A stretch of 64,000 bases of DNA. Origin: Clostridia bacterium (GTDB lineage: Bacteria; Bacillota; Clostridia; Oscillospirales; CAG-272). Numbering within the stretch: the first letter of the stretch is position 1; each line of letters starts with the position of its first letter. Positions 31,052 through 40,110 of this stretch are shown piece by piece. Location: contig JAFQEC010000008.1 in NCBI GenBank assembly GCA_017415805.1, forward strand, positions 108,111 to 172,110, given 5' to 3'. Under the pieces are notes generated by a model. That model ran no database searches. It was given only the letters and a program-made list of their open reading frames with translations, and was not told the DNA's origin. The position numbers and the translations under genes were made by a program.

Positions 31052-31552
31052 TTATTTTGCAAGAAGCGAGGTGGTGCCGCGCTCCAGTGCCACGATACCC
31101 GTGCGGCAGATCTCGATGATGCCAAAGGGCTTCATCAGCTCGACAAACGCGTCGATCTTGGAAGGGTCGCCCGTGACCTCGATGCACATGCCGTCGGTGG
31201 TATAATCCACGACCTTGGCGCGATACGCGTCCACGGCAAAGTGGATGTCGGCGCGGTTTTCGGGCTTGTTGTAGATCTTGATGAGCATGAGCTCGCGCTT
31301 GATGCAGGAGTCGTCCTCCAGCACCTCGACCTTTTTGACGTTGAACAGCTTTTTCATCTGATTGATGAGCTGCTCGCGCGCATAGCCGTCACCCGAGAGC
31401 GAGATGGTGATGCGCGAATACGCAGGGGATTCGGTCTCGCCGACCGTCAGTGCGTCGATGTTGAAGCCGCGCCGCGTGAACATGCTGGTGACGCGCGTCA
31501 GCACGCCGAATTGGTTGTCCACATACACGGCAATGACAAATTTATTGCTCAT
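31052..31552 (-). CDS. ilvN: acetolactate synthase small (regulatory) subunit
   Basis: ACT-domain N-terminus; 11-nt overlap with ilvB. Confidence 0.9.
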   Translation of the reverse strand: MSNKFVIAVYVDNQFGVLTRVTSMFTRRGFNIDALTVGETESPAYSRITISLSGDGYAREQLINQMKKLFNVKKVEVLEDDSCIKRELMLIKIYNKPENRADIHFAVDAYRAKVVDYTTDGMCIEVTGDPSKIDAFVELMKPFGIIEICRTGIVALERGTTSLLAK

Positions 31553-33245
31553 TTTCCCCTGCCCCCTTTTCTCTGACCTTGGTGATCAGATCCTCGATCG
31601 AGCCGCCGGGCGGCAGCATCGGGAGAACGAACTCGTCCTTGCCGATATAGGTATCGATCACCACAGGACCCTGCACCGCAAGAGCCTTGCAAAATGCGTC
31701 CTCAAACTCGGCAGGCGTGGTGGCACGCATGCCCACGGCGCCAAATGCCTCGGCAAGCTTGACAAAATCGGTCTTGCGCTCGAGCACCGTGTTGGAATAG
31801 CGGCTGCCGAAGAACAGCGTCTGCCACTGGCGCACCATGCCAAGCACGCCGTTGTTCATCAGCACGATGACCATCGGGATCTTGTAGGTCACGGCCGTAG
31901 CCAGCTCGTTGAGGTTCATGCCAAAGCTGCCGTCGCCCGTCACCAGCACCACGGGATCCTTGGTGGCGACCTGTGCGCCGATGGCGGCACCGAGACCAAA
32001 GCCCATCGTGCCAAGTCCGCCGCTGGAAACAAAGCGACGCGGACGGTCAAACTTGACGTACTGTGCCGTCCACATCTGGTGCTGACCCACATCGGTGGCG
32101 ATCACCGTTGCGGGCAGCTTGCGCGCGTTGATGATATCGAACACGCGGCGGGGCACCAGGCGCTCGCCTGCCTGCTCGCGCTGCTCACGCTCGAACTGCG
32201 CTTCCCTCTCGCGCAGGCGACCGACGGCCTCCTGCCACTCGGGGTGCTTTTGCGCGGTCGCCAGCGCGGCGATGCGCGTGAAGGAGTCCTTTACGTCGGC
32301 CACGATGCCAACGTCGACCTGCACATTTTTATTGATCTCCGAAAAATCGGGGTCGAGCTGCACGATCTTCGTGCCCTTGGCATAGGCCGAGACCTTGCCC
32401 GTGGCACGGTCGCTGAAGCGCACGCCGACGGCGAGGATCAGGTCGGCATCCTTTTGCGCCATCGAGGACGCATAGTGCCCGTGCATGCCCTGCATGCCAA
32501 GGAAGCGATCACAGTCGTCGTTCACGGCCGAGAGGCCCATGAAGGTACAGCCGATGTAGGCATCGATGCGCTCGGCCAGCTCTACGATCGCACTGCCGAG
32601 CCCAAGCCCCGCCGCGCCGCCGCCGATATAAATATACGGGCGCTTTGCCGCGTTGAGAAGCTCTGCGGCCTTCGCGATCTGCGCGTCGGTGGCAAGGGGC
32701 AGCGGAAACTTCTCGGGGATGGGCTGCTCCTCCCACTCGCAACTCGCGATCTGCACGTCCTTGGGCACGTCCACAAGCACAGGGCCGGGACGGCCCGAGC
32801 GCGCGATGCGGAAGGCCTCGCGGATCACGTCGGCGAGCTTGGTCACGTCGTTGACAAAATAATTGTGCTTGGTGATGGGCAGCGTGATGCCCGTAATATC
32901 GATCTCCTGAAAGCTGTCCTTGCCGATGAGCGAGCAGGGCACATTGCCCGTGATCGCCACCATGGGGATCGAGTCCATCATCGCCGTGGCGATGCCCGTC
33001 ACGAGGTTGGTCGCACCGGGACCCGAGGTGGCGATGCAAACGCCGACCTTGCCCGTGGCACGTGAATAGCCGTCTGCGGCGTGCGCAGCACCCTGCTCGT
33101 GCGCGGTGAGAATGTGATTGAGGCGCGGCTCACGGTAGAGCGCGTCATAGATATTGATGACCTGGCCACCGGGATAGCCGAACACGTCGGTCACGCCCTG
33201 CTCCACCAGAGTCCTTGCAATAATATCTGCTCCTGTTAATTTCAT
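31542..33245 (-). CDS. ilvB: acetolactate synthase large subunit
   Basis: ThDP-binding GGLGTMGFGLGAAIGA. Confidence 0.95.
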   Translation of the reverse strand: MKLTGADIIARTLVEQGVTDVFGYPGGQVINIYDALYREPRLNHILTAHEQGAAHAADGYSRATGKVGVCIATSGPGATNLVTGIATAMMDSIPMVAITGNVPCSLIGKDSFQEIDITGITLPITKHNYFVNDVTKLADVIREAFRIARSGRPGPVLVDVPKDVQIASCEWEEQPIPEKFPLPLATDAQIAKAAELLNAAKRPYIYIGGGAAGLGLGSAIVELAERIDAYIGCTFMGLSAVNDDCDRFLGMQGMHGHYASSMAQKDADLILAVGVRFSDRATGKVSAYAKGTKIVQLDPDFSEINKNVQVDVGIVADVKDSFTRIAALATAQKHPEWQEAVGRLREREAQFEREQREQAGERLVPRRVFDIINARKLPATVIATDVGQHQMWTAQYVKFDRPRRFVSSGGLGTMGFGLGAAIGAQVATKDPVVLVTGDGSFGMNLNELATAVTYKIPMVIVLMNNGVLGMVRQWQTLFFGSRYSNTVLERKTDFVKLAEAFGAVGMRATTPAEFEDAFCKALAVQGPVVIDTYIGKDEFVLPMLPPGGSIEDLITKVREKGAGENEQ

Positions 33246-33260
33246 ATACTTCTGTCCTTT

Positions 33261-34919
33261 TCAGTCCTTCAACATAATGTTCACGGCGCTAACCAGAGCC
33301 TTGACCGACGAGACGATGATATCGCTGTCCACGCCCGTTCCCCAATAGGTCTTGCCGTCGTGCACGATGCTCACGTAGGATGCCGCCTTGGAGTCGGTCT
33401 TGCTTTCCAGTGCATGCTGGGTGTAGGTGTCCAGCGCGTAGTCGATGCCAAGCGCCTTCTTTACCGCGTTGCTCACGGCGTCCAGACGGCCGTTACCGAA
33501 GGAGACGTGCTCGCGCACCCCGTCGCCGTAGCGCAGCGACACGTTGGCGCGGATGCCGTCCTGCTCGTCGGTATACACCGCGCGGACAACGTCAAATTCG
33601 TCGGTGCGGTTGACGAAATCGCGCAGGAAGATCTCCAGGACCTCGGCGGGCGGCAGCTCGCGGTGTCCGTGGTCCGAAATGCTCTTGACGTGGTAGCCGA
33701 AGACCTCGCGCATCTTCGGGGGCAACACATAGTTGAACTGCGTTTCCATGATATAACCGATGCCGCCCTTGCCCGACTGCGAGTTGATGCGGATCACGTC
33801 GGCCTCGTACTGTCTGCCCACGTCGGTGGGATCGATGGGCAGATAGGGCACGGTCCAGCGACAATCGTGCGCCTCGCGCCACTTCATGCCCTTGGCGATG
33901 GCGTCCTGATGCGAGCCGCTGAAGGCCGCAAACACCAGCTGACCGCTGTAGGGCTGACGCTCGTACACGTGCATGCGCGTGACGCGCTCATAGACCTCGG
34001 TGATGGCGGGCAGATCCGAGAGATCGAGCCCCGGGTCAATGCCCTGCGAGTACATGTTCAGCGCGAGCGTGACGATATCCACGTTGCCCGTGCGCTCGCC
34101 GTTGCCAAAGAGCGTCCCCTCGATGCGGTCGCCGCCTGCAAGCAAGCCCATCTCGCTGTCGGCCACGGCACAGCCGCGGTCGTTGTGCGGATGCAACGAG
34201 ATCACAAGGCTCTCGCGGTTCTTCAAATTCTTGCACATATACTCGACCTGATTGGCGTAGACGTGCGGCATCGAATGCGAGACCGTGACAGGCAGATTGA
34301 TGATGAGCTTATCCTCGGGTGTGGGCTGCAAAATGTCAATGACCTCATTGCAGATCTCGGCGGCAAACTCGGGCTCGGTGCCTGTGAAGCTCTCGGGCGA
34401 ATACTCAAACGAAACGTGCCCCTCGGCCTTGGCGCGGTAATCGCGGCACAGCCGTGCGCCGAAGGTAGCGATGTCGATGATCTCCTGCTTGCTGCGGTGG
34501 AACACCTGCTCGCGCTGGGCCACCGACGTGGAGTTGTACAGGTGCACGATGGCGTGCTTTGCGCCGCGGATGGCCTCAAAGGTCTTGGCGATGATATGCT
34601 CGCGCGACTGGGTCAGCACCTGAATGGTGACGTCGTCGGGGATCAGACCCTGCTCGATGATGGTGCGGCAGAACTCGTATTCGGTCTCCGAGGCGGCCGG
34701 GAAGCCCACCTCGATCTCCTTAAAGCCGATGCGGCACAGCAGCTTGAAAAATTCCAGCTTTTCCTCAAGGCTCATCGGAATGATGAGTGCCTGATTGCCG
34801 TCACGCAGATCCACACTGCACCAAATGGGCGGTCGGTCGATCGCGGTGCGCTTGACCCAGTCCATGCTCACCCCGTTGGGCGCAAAGAACTGCTTTTCGT
34901 ACTTGTTACAGTTTTTCAT
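33261..34919 (-). CDS. leuA: 2-isopropylmalate synthase (long form)
   Basis: HMGL-like DLRDGNQ motif, 552 aa with C-terminal regulatory domain. Confidence 0.95.
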   Translation of the reverse strand: MKNCNKYEKQFFAPNGVSMDWVKRTAIDRPPIWCSVDLRDGNQALIIPMSLEEKLEFFKLLCRIGFKEIEVGFPAASETEYEFCRTIIEQGLIPDDVTIQVLTQSREHIIAKTFEAIRGAKHAIVHLYNSTSVAQREQVFHRSKQEIIDIATFGARLCRDYRAKAEGHVSFEYSPESFTGTEPEFAAEICNEVIDILQPTPEDKLIINLPVTVSHSMPHVYANQVEYMCKNLKNRESLVISLHPHNDRGCAVADSEMGLLAGGDRIEGTLFGNGERTGNVDIVTLALNMYSQGIDPGLDLSDLPAITEVYERVTRMHVYERQPYSGQLVFAAFSGSHQDAIAKGMKWREAHDCRWTVPYLPIDPTDVGRQYEADVIRINSQSGKGGIGYIMETQFNYVLPPKMREVFGYHVKSISDHGHRELPPAEVLEIFLRDFVNRTDEFDVVRAVYTDEQDGIRANVSLRYGDGVREHVSFGNGRLDAVSNAVKKALGIDYALDTYTQHALESKTDSKAASYVSIVHDGKTYWGTGVDSDIIVSSVKALVSAVNIMLKD

Positions 34920-34949
34920 TTGTCATCCTTTCTTGCGTGCGGGGTCGGC

Positions 34950-35215
34950 AAATAAAAAACGCCCCTTTTACGCAACATCATTTGCATAAAAGAGACGAAG
35001 AAAATCTCCGCGGTACCACTCTTTCTTGGCGATCGCTCGCCCACTCAATTCTGTCTGCAACAGAAGCCTCTGTAACGGGAGAACCCGTCCAATTCTACTC
35101 GGCGCGCGGCCTTTTGGTTGGAAGCTCAGGGACGAGTTTCACCGCATCCGACACACCGTCTCGCACCGACCGACGGCTCTCTGTAGTGCATTTGCAGCTA
35201 TAGTTCCCTTCACAG
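34950..35215 (-). promoter_or_regulatory. T-box riboswitch leader, Leu specifier (CUC)
   Basis: Minus strand: AGAGAG...GGTGCGAGA stem-I elements; GAAACUCG specifier (CUC = 35134-35136); T-box AGAGTGGTACCGCGGAG (35008-35024); terminator CGUCUCUUUU/AAAAGGGGCG + U6 (34954-34997). Confidence 0.85.
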
Positions 35216-35225
35216 CTGATAAGTC

Positions 35226-35254
35226 ATTATAACCGTTTTTTTCTCTTTTGTCAA
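35226..35254 (-). promoter_or_regulatory. promoter of the leuA-ilv operon (TTGACA-17-TATAAT)
   Basis: Minus-strand TTGACA 35249-35254, TATAAT 35226-35231. Confidence 0.7.
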
Positions 35255-35280
35255 TATGTTTGGCGCAAATTTTTATGGAT

Positions 35281-35307
35281 GCTCCGCCCGTGCAAAACGG
35301 GCGGAGC
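35281..35307 (-). terminator. ilvE terminator hairpin
   Basis: GCTCCGCCCG-tgcaaaa-CGGGCGGAGC, 9 nt after the ilvE stop; weak U tract. Confidence 0.6.
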
Positions 35308-35315
35308 AAAAATTC

Positions 35316-36377
35316 TTACAGCGGATGCACCCAACCGTAGGTATCGGGGCGCTTACCCCATTGAATGCCCGTGAGAATATCGTAGAGCTTTTGGGTGACC
35401 TCACCGATCTGCTCGTTGTTGACAATATATTCCTCATCGCGGTAGGAAAGACGCCCGATGGGCGAGACCACGGCAGCGGTGCCGCAGCCAAACGCCTCCT
35501 TGAGTCTGCCGTCCTTCATGGCGCTGACCAGCTCCTCGAGCGAGAGCAATCTCTCCTCGACCTTATAGCCGAGGTCGCGCAGCACCTCCACGCAGGACTT
35601 GCGCGTGATGCCGGGCAGGATCGAGCCCGTAAGGGCGGGGGTGACGATGATATCGTCAATGCGGAACATGACGTTCATCGCACCGACCTCCTCGATGTAC
35701 TTGCGCTCCACGCCGTCCAGCCACAGCACCTGCGTGTAGCCCTTTTGCACGGCGCGCTCACCTGCGCGTGTGGATGCCGCGTAGTTGCCGCCGCACTTGG
35801 CCTCACCCGTGCCGCCGCGCACCGCGCGCACGTCGTCCGCCTCGATCATGATGCGAACGGGGTTGATGCCCTCGGCATAATAGCTGCCGCTGGGGGATGC
35901 GATGAGCATGAAGGTGGCGTGCTTGACGGTGTGCACGCCAAGGCTCTCGTCGTTACCGAACAAAAACGGGCGCAGATACAGCGACGTGCCGAAGGAATGG
36001 GGCACGAAGCGCTCCTCCAGGCGCACGAAGGTCTCGAGCAGCTCGAGCATATCGGCCTCGTCCATCGTGGGCAGACACATGCGCGCGGCCGAGTTGTTCA
36101 TGCGACGGATATTCTCCATCGGGCGGAAGAGCTGGATGCCGCCGTCCGCGCGGCGATAAGCCTTCAGGCCCTCAAAGATCTCGGCACCGTAGTGCAGGAC
36201 TGTCGAGGCGGGGTGAATGGAGATGGGCCCGAAGGGCTCGATGCGTGCATCGTGCCAGCCGTTCTCCACATCCCAGTCGACGCGGAGCATATGGTCGGAA
36301 AACACCTTGCCAAATCCGAGCTTCTCCTCGGGGGGCATGACCTTGGGGGTCGTTGTTTTCGTGATTGCAATATTCAT
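35316..36377 (-). CDS. ilvE: branched-chain amino acid aminotransferase
   Basis: Class-IV aminotransferase, 353 aa. Confidence 0.9.
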   Translation of the reverse strand: MNIAITKTTTPKVMPPEEKLGFGKVFSDHMLRVDWDVENGWHDARIEPFGPISIHPASTVLHYGAEIFEGLKAYRRADGGIQLFRPMENIRRMNNSAARMCLPTMDEADMLELLETFVRLEERFVPHSFGTSLYLRPFLFGNDESLGVHTVKHATFMLIASPSGSYYAEGINPVRIMIEADDVRAVRGGTGEAKCGGNYAASTRAGERAVQKGYTQVLWLDGVERKYIEEVGAMNVMFRIDDIIVTPALTGSILPGITRKSCVEVLRDLGYKVEERLLSLEELVSAMKDGRLKEAFGCGTAAVVSPIGRLSYRDEEYIVNNEQIGEVTQKLYDILTGIQWGKRPDTYGWVHPL

Positions 36378-36414
36378 GGAATCATCTCCCGTTTATAAAA
36401 TAATATACAAGCAT

Positions 36415-36443
36415 ATCATAACACACACGCGCGCGCAAGTCAA
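36415..36443 (-). promoter_or_regulatory. ilvE promoter (TTGACT-17-TATGAT)
   Basis: Minus-strand TTGACT 36438-36443, TATGAT 36415-36420. Confidence 0.55.
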
Positions 36444-36489
36444 GTATTTTGCCGCATAAAAATACGGTTTTCGCGCATTTTCTTGCTCT

Positions 36490-36531
36490 TTTTTGCAAAA
36501 AAGAAGGGGCGCTTCAAGCGAAGCACCCCTT
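36490..36531 (-). terminator. intrinsic terminator after nfnB
   Basis: AAGGGGTGCTTC-gctt-GAAGCGCCCCTT + CTTTTTTG on the minus strand. Confidence 0.8.
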
Positions 36532-36544
36532 GCGGCTTATAAAA

Positions 36545-37957
36545 TTATTTGCCCTGCAAATACGTGTCGATCGCCGCGGCGGCGTTCTTGCCCGCACCCA
36601 TTGCAAGGATCACGGTGGCAGCACCCGTCACGGCGTCACCGCCTGCCCAGATCCCCTCGCGCGAGGTCAGCCCCTGCTCGTTTGCAACGATGCCGCCCCA
36701 CTTCTCGGTGGCGAGCCCCTTTGTCGTGGATTTGATCAGGGGATTGGGCGAGGTTCCCAGCGCCATGATCACGCTGTCGACCTCCAGCACAAATTCACTG
36801 CCCTCCTTGACCACGGGGCGACGGCGTCCCGAGGCATCGGGCTCGCCCAGCTCCATCTCCACGCATTTCATGCCCGTCACAAAGCCGTTTTTCGGATCGC
36901 GGCGGTCGCCCTCGTTGCGGTAGCCGAGGATCTCGGTGGGGTTGCACAGCGTTTTGAACACAATGCCCTCCTCCATCGCGTGCTCGATCTCCTCGCGGCG
37001 TGCGGGAAGCTCCTCCATGCCGCGACGGTACACAATGTACACCTCCGCACCCAGACGCTTGGCACAGCGTGCCGCGTCCATGGCGACATTGCCGCCGCCC
37101 ACCACAGCCACGCGCTTTGCGTGCTGAACGGGCGTTGTGCTGTCGGCACGGTAGGCCTTCATCAGGTTGATACGGGTCAAAAACTCGTTGGCCGAATACA
37201 CGCCCTTGAGGTTCTCACCGGGGATGCCCATAAACTTGGGAAGCCCCGCGCCCGTGCCGATGAACACCGCCTCGAAGCCCTGCTCCTGCATGAGCTCGTC
37301 GATCGAGACGGTCTTGCCAACCACGGTGTTGGTCACGACCTCAACACCCAGGGCCTTGAGCCCCTCGATCTCCTTTTGCACGATGGCCTTGGGCAGACGG
37401 AACTCGGGGATGCCATAGACCAGCACGCCACCCGCGAGGTGCAGTGCCTCAAACACCGTGACGGCGTAGCCCTTTTTGGCAAGATCCCCCGCACAGGCAA
37501 GGCCCGCAGGGCCCGAGCCGATCACGGCTACCTTGTGGCCGTTCGCGGCAGGACGCTCCACGCTGCCGCTTGCATTGGCGTTGTGCCAGTCGGCCACAAA
37601 GCGCTCCAGTCGCCCAATGGCAACGGGCTCGCCCTTGATGCCGCGCACGCACTTGCCCTCGCACTGGTTCTCCTGCGGGCACACGCGGCCGCACACGGCG
37701 GGCAGGCTCGAGGCCTCGGCAATGATGCGATACGCGCCCGCAAAATCACCCTCGGCAACGCGTGCGATAAAATCGGGGATGTAAATTTTTACAGGACACC
37801 CCGCAACGCAGGGGCGATTCTTGCAATTCAGACACCGTTTTGCCTCATCCATCGCCTGCTCGGCGGTATAGCCCAGGGCCACCTCGTCAAAATTTCGGCT
37901 GCGCACCGCACTGTCCTGAACGGGCATCGGATTCTTTTTGGGATTCATATTTGCCAC
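36545..37957 (-). CDS. nfnB: NADPH-dependent glutamate-synthase-small-chain-like oxidoreductase (NfnB-type)
   Basis: N-terminal Fe-S cysteines (CLNCKNRPC..GCP; CGRVCP); two GxGxxG motifs (VIGSGPAG, VVGGGNVA). Confidence 0.85.
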   Translation of the reverse strand: MANMNPKKNPMPVQDSAVRSRNFDEVALGYTAEQAMDEAKRCLNCKNRPCVAGCPVKIYIPDFIARVAEGDFAGAYRIIAEASSLPAVCGRVCPQENQCEGKCVRGIKGEPVAIGRLERFVADWHNANASGSVERPAANGHKVAVIGSGPAGLACAGDLAKKGYAVTVFEALHLAGGVLVYGIPEFRLPKAIVQKEIEGLKALGVEVVTNTVVGKTVSIDELMQEQGFEAVFIGTGAGLPKFMGIPGENLKGVYSANEFLTRINLMKAYRADSTTPVQHAKRVAVVGGGNVAMDAARCAKRLGAEVYIVYRRGMEELPARREEIEHAMEEGIVFKTLCNPTEILGYRNEGDRRDPKNGFVTGMKCVEMELGEPDASGRRRPVVKEGSEFVLEVDSVIMALGTSPNPLIKSTTKGLATEKWGGIVANEQGLTSREGIWAGGDAVTGAATVILAMGAGKNAAAAIDTYLQGK

Positions 37958-37958
37958 T

Positions 37959-38801
37959 TTACTCTACCTCTTTTGCAAACAGATTGCAGCTCTCCTCATA
38001 GCGGTGACGCTCAAAGTCACGGTACATGGAGCTGCGCTCGATGGCCTCGTCAAAGTCGATCAGCGCGCCGTCAAACTCGGGGCCGTCCACGCAGGCGAAC
38101 ACCGTCTTTCCCCCCACCGACAGGCGGCAGCCGCCGCACATCCCCGTGCCGTCGATCATAATGGGATTCATCGAGGCCACGCATTTGACGCCGTACTTGG
38201 TCGCCAGCGCGCAGACGAATTTCATCATGACAAGAGGGCCGATGGTGATGACCTCGTCGTATTGCTCGCCCGATTCGATCAGGGTGCGGAGCGCATCGGT
38301 CACAAGGCCCTGCGTGCCCCACGAGCCGTCGTCGCTCATTTTGACCGTACGGGTGCTGTTCTCCTCGAACTCCTTTTCCAGGATCACAAGCTCCTTGGAG
38401 CGAAAGCCCACGATGGCGTGCACCTCACAGCCAAGGCTGTGCAGCTTTTTTGCCACGGGATAAGCGATGGCACAGCCCACGCCTCCACCCACCACGGCAA
38501 CCTTACGCAGCCCGTCGGTGTGTGTGGCACGGCCCAACGGCCCGACGAAATCCTGCAGGCAGTCTCCCACATTCATATGATTGAGTCGCTCGGTGGTGGC
38601 GCCCACGACCTGAAAAATAACGGTTACGCGACCCGTTTCGCGGTCAAAATCCGCGATGGTCAGCGGAATACGCTCTCCGTCCGCATGGGTGCGCAGGATG
38701 ATAAACTGCCCGGGCTCGGCCTTTTTGGCGACGGCAGGCGCGTAGATATCCATACGCGTGACGGTGGGATTCAATTCTTGTTTTTTCAAAATCTCAAACA
38801 T
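37959..38801 (-). CDS. nfnA: FNR-like FAD/NAD-binding subunit with C-terminal [2Fe-2S] (NfnA/SudB-type)
   Basis: ATG 38801 after AGAGAGG; C-terminal GTGMCGGCRL...CVDGP; abuts nfnB. Confidence 0.8.
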   Translation of the reverse strand: MFEILKKQELNPTVTRMDIYAPAVAKKAEPGQFIILRTHADGERIPLTIADFDRETGRVTVIFQVVGATTERLNHMNVGDCLQDFVGPLGRATHTDGLRKVAVVGGGVGCAIAYPVAKKLHSLGCEVHAIVGFRSKELVILEKEFEENSTRTVKMSDDGSWGTQGLVTDALRTLIESGEQYDEVITIGPLVMMKFVCALATKYGVKCVASMNPIMIDGTGMCGGCRLSVGGKTVFACVDGPEFDGALIDFDEAIERSSMYRDFERHRYEESCNLFAKEVE

Positions 38802-38877
38802 GGTGTACCTCTCTTGCGTGCCGCCGCAATTCCCTTGCAACGGTTACGCAAAGTGCGATTTTTTCAATATGGTATTT

Positions 38878-38906
38878 ATTATAAAACACGCGACGCATTT
38901 TGTCAA
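38878..38906 (-). promoter_or_regulatory. nfnAB promoter (TTGACA-17-TATAAT)
   Basis: Minus-strand TTGACA 38901-38906, TATAAT 38878-38883. Confidence 0.65.
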
Positions 38907-38981
38907 TCGTTCGGCAAGTAAAATACAAAATTTTGCGTGCGCACAAAGCAAGGCCGACGCGCTTGCGCGTCGGCCCCCTTT

Positions 38982-39431
38982 TTATCGGCTCTGTATGTAG
39001 TCCTCAAGGATCTCGGCGGCGCTCACCACCATCGCCTCACACGGGCGTGTGCGGTAATATGCCGCGGTACGGGGTGTGGGATCGGGGGTCTTGAAGTCGG
39101 GATCCTTGATCGCCAGTCGCTCGCCGCAGATGATGGTGCCGTTGCTTGCACGAAAGCGCGTGCAAAGCTGTTGCACGAGCGCATAATGCGCGCGCTTGGC
39201 CTGCTGATCCTTTGGATCGTCGTAGCCAAAGAGCGCACCTGCCACCATGCACATCCCCGAGACTGCGCCGCAGACCTCGCGCTGACGCGCGATGCCGCCC
39301 CCAAAGGGCGCGGAAAGGCGCAACGCCTGCTTTTCATCAAGACCGATCAGATCGGCAAACGCAAGCACCACGGCCTGCGCACAGTTGTATCCTTCGCGGA
39401 AGAGCTCTCCCGCACGCTCTGCTCTGCTCAT
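38982..39431 (-). CDS. C_GCAxxG_C_C-family putative redox protein
   Basis: EGYNCAQAV...GGG...CGAVSG pattern; ATG 39431 (or GTG 39437) with the GGAG SD overlapping the upstream stop. Confidence 0.8.
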   Translation of the reverse strand: MSRAERAGELFREGYNCAQAVVLAFADLIGLDEKQALRLSAPFGGGIARQREVCGAVSGMCMVAGALFGYDDPKDQQAKRAHYALVQQLCTRFRASNGTIICGERLAIKDPDFKTPDPTPRTAAYYRTRPCEAMVVSAAEILEDYIQSR

Positions 39432-39437
39432 ATCCAC

Positions 39438-40085
39438 TCACTCCAAATGCAACGAATCGGTGTGCAAAAACTCGTGCGCGTCCAACAGCGAATCGGTGGG
39501 GATCACGCGCGTAGCACCGCACTTGCGGCAAGAGACCTTCACGCCCTCGGGCAGGATCTCGGCATCGTATTCTCTGCCCTCGTCCCCCGCGGCACAGCGG
39601 CAATAAATTTTGCCCTCGTCGTCCAGATCCCGTATCACGTACAGCACGATCTCCAGCACCTGCGGATCGGTCACGGTCTGCTCGGCCTCGCGGTGCAGCG
39701 CGTGAAAATCGGTGATGCCGTTCTTCTCCATCAGATCCAGCAGCTGCAGCTCGGTGCGCGAGAGCTCGGCCTTGACGTGATTGATCTCACCCATGGCGCA
39801 AATATTGATATCGGAATACGGACAGGGCAGCACGAACAGCTCCTTGCCGAAAAAGATCTTTTCGCTCACCGAAAAGCGGTGGGGCTTGGGACAGATGATG
39901 CAGGGCGCGGTGATACGCACCTTTCCGTCTGCCACGGGCTGCACCTCCAGCGTGCTCTGCCCACACTCGCATTTGAGTCGGATCATCGAGCCCTTGAGCG
40001 CAAACAGGCTCACCGCGCTCATCACACCCGTACCGCAATGGGGACAGCGGTAGGCAATCGTCGTTTGCTTGGATTCCAATACCAT
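39438..40085 (-). CDS. multi-zinc-ribbon hypothetical protein
   Basis: CPHCG..CECG, CIICP, CRC..CRKCG cysteine pairs; 215 aa. Confidence 0.65.
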   Translation of the reverse strand: MVLESKQTTIAYRCPHCGTGVMSAVSLFALKGSMIRLKCECGQSTLEVQPVADGKVRITAPCIICPKPHRFSVSEKIFFGKELFVLPCPYSDINICAMGEINHVKAELSRTELQLLDLMEKNGITDFHALHREAEQTVTDPQVLEIVLYVIRDLDDEGKIYCRCAAGDEGREYDAEILPEGVKVSCRKCGATRVIPTDSLLDAHEFLHTDSLHLE

Positions 40086-40110
40086 AGGTCAAAATTTCTC
40101 CTGTTCTGTG

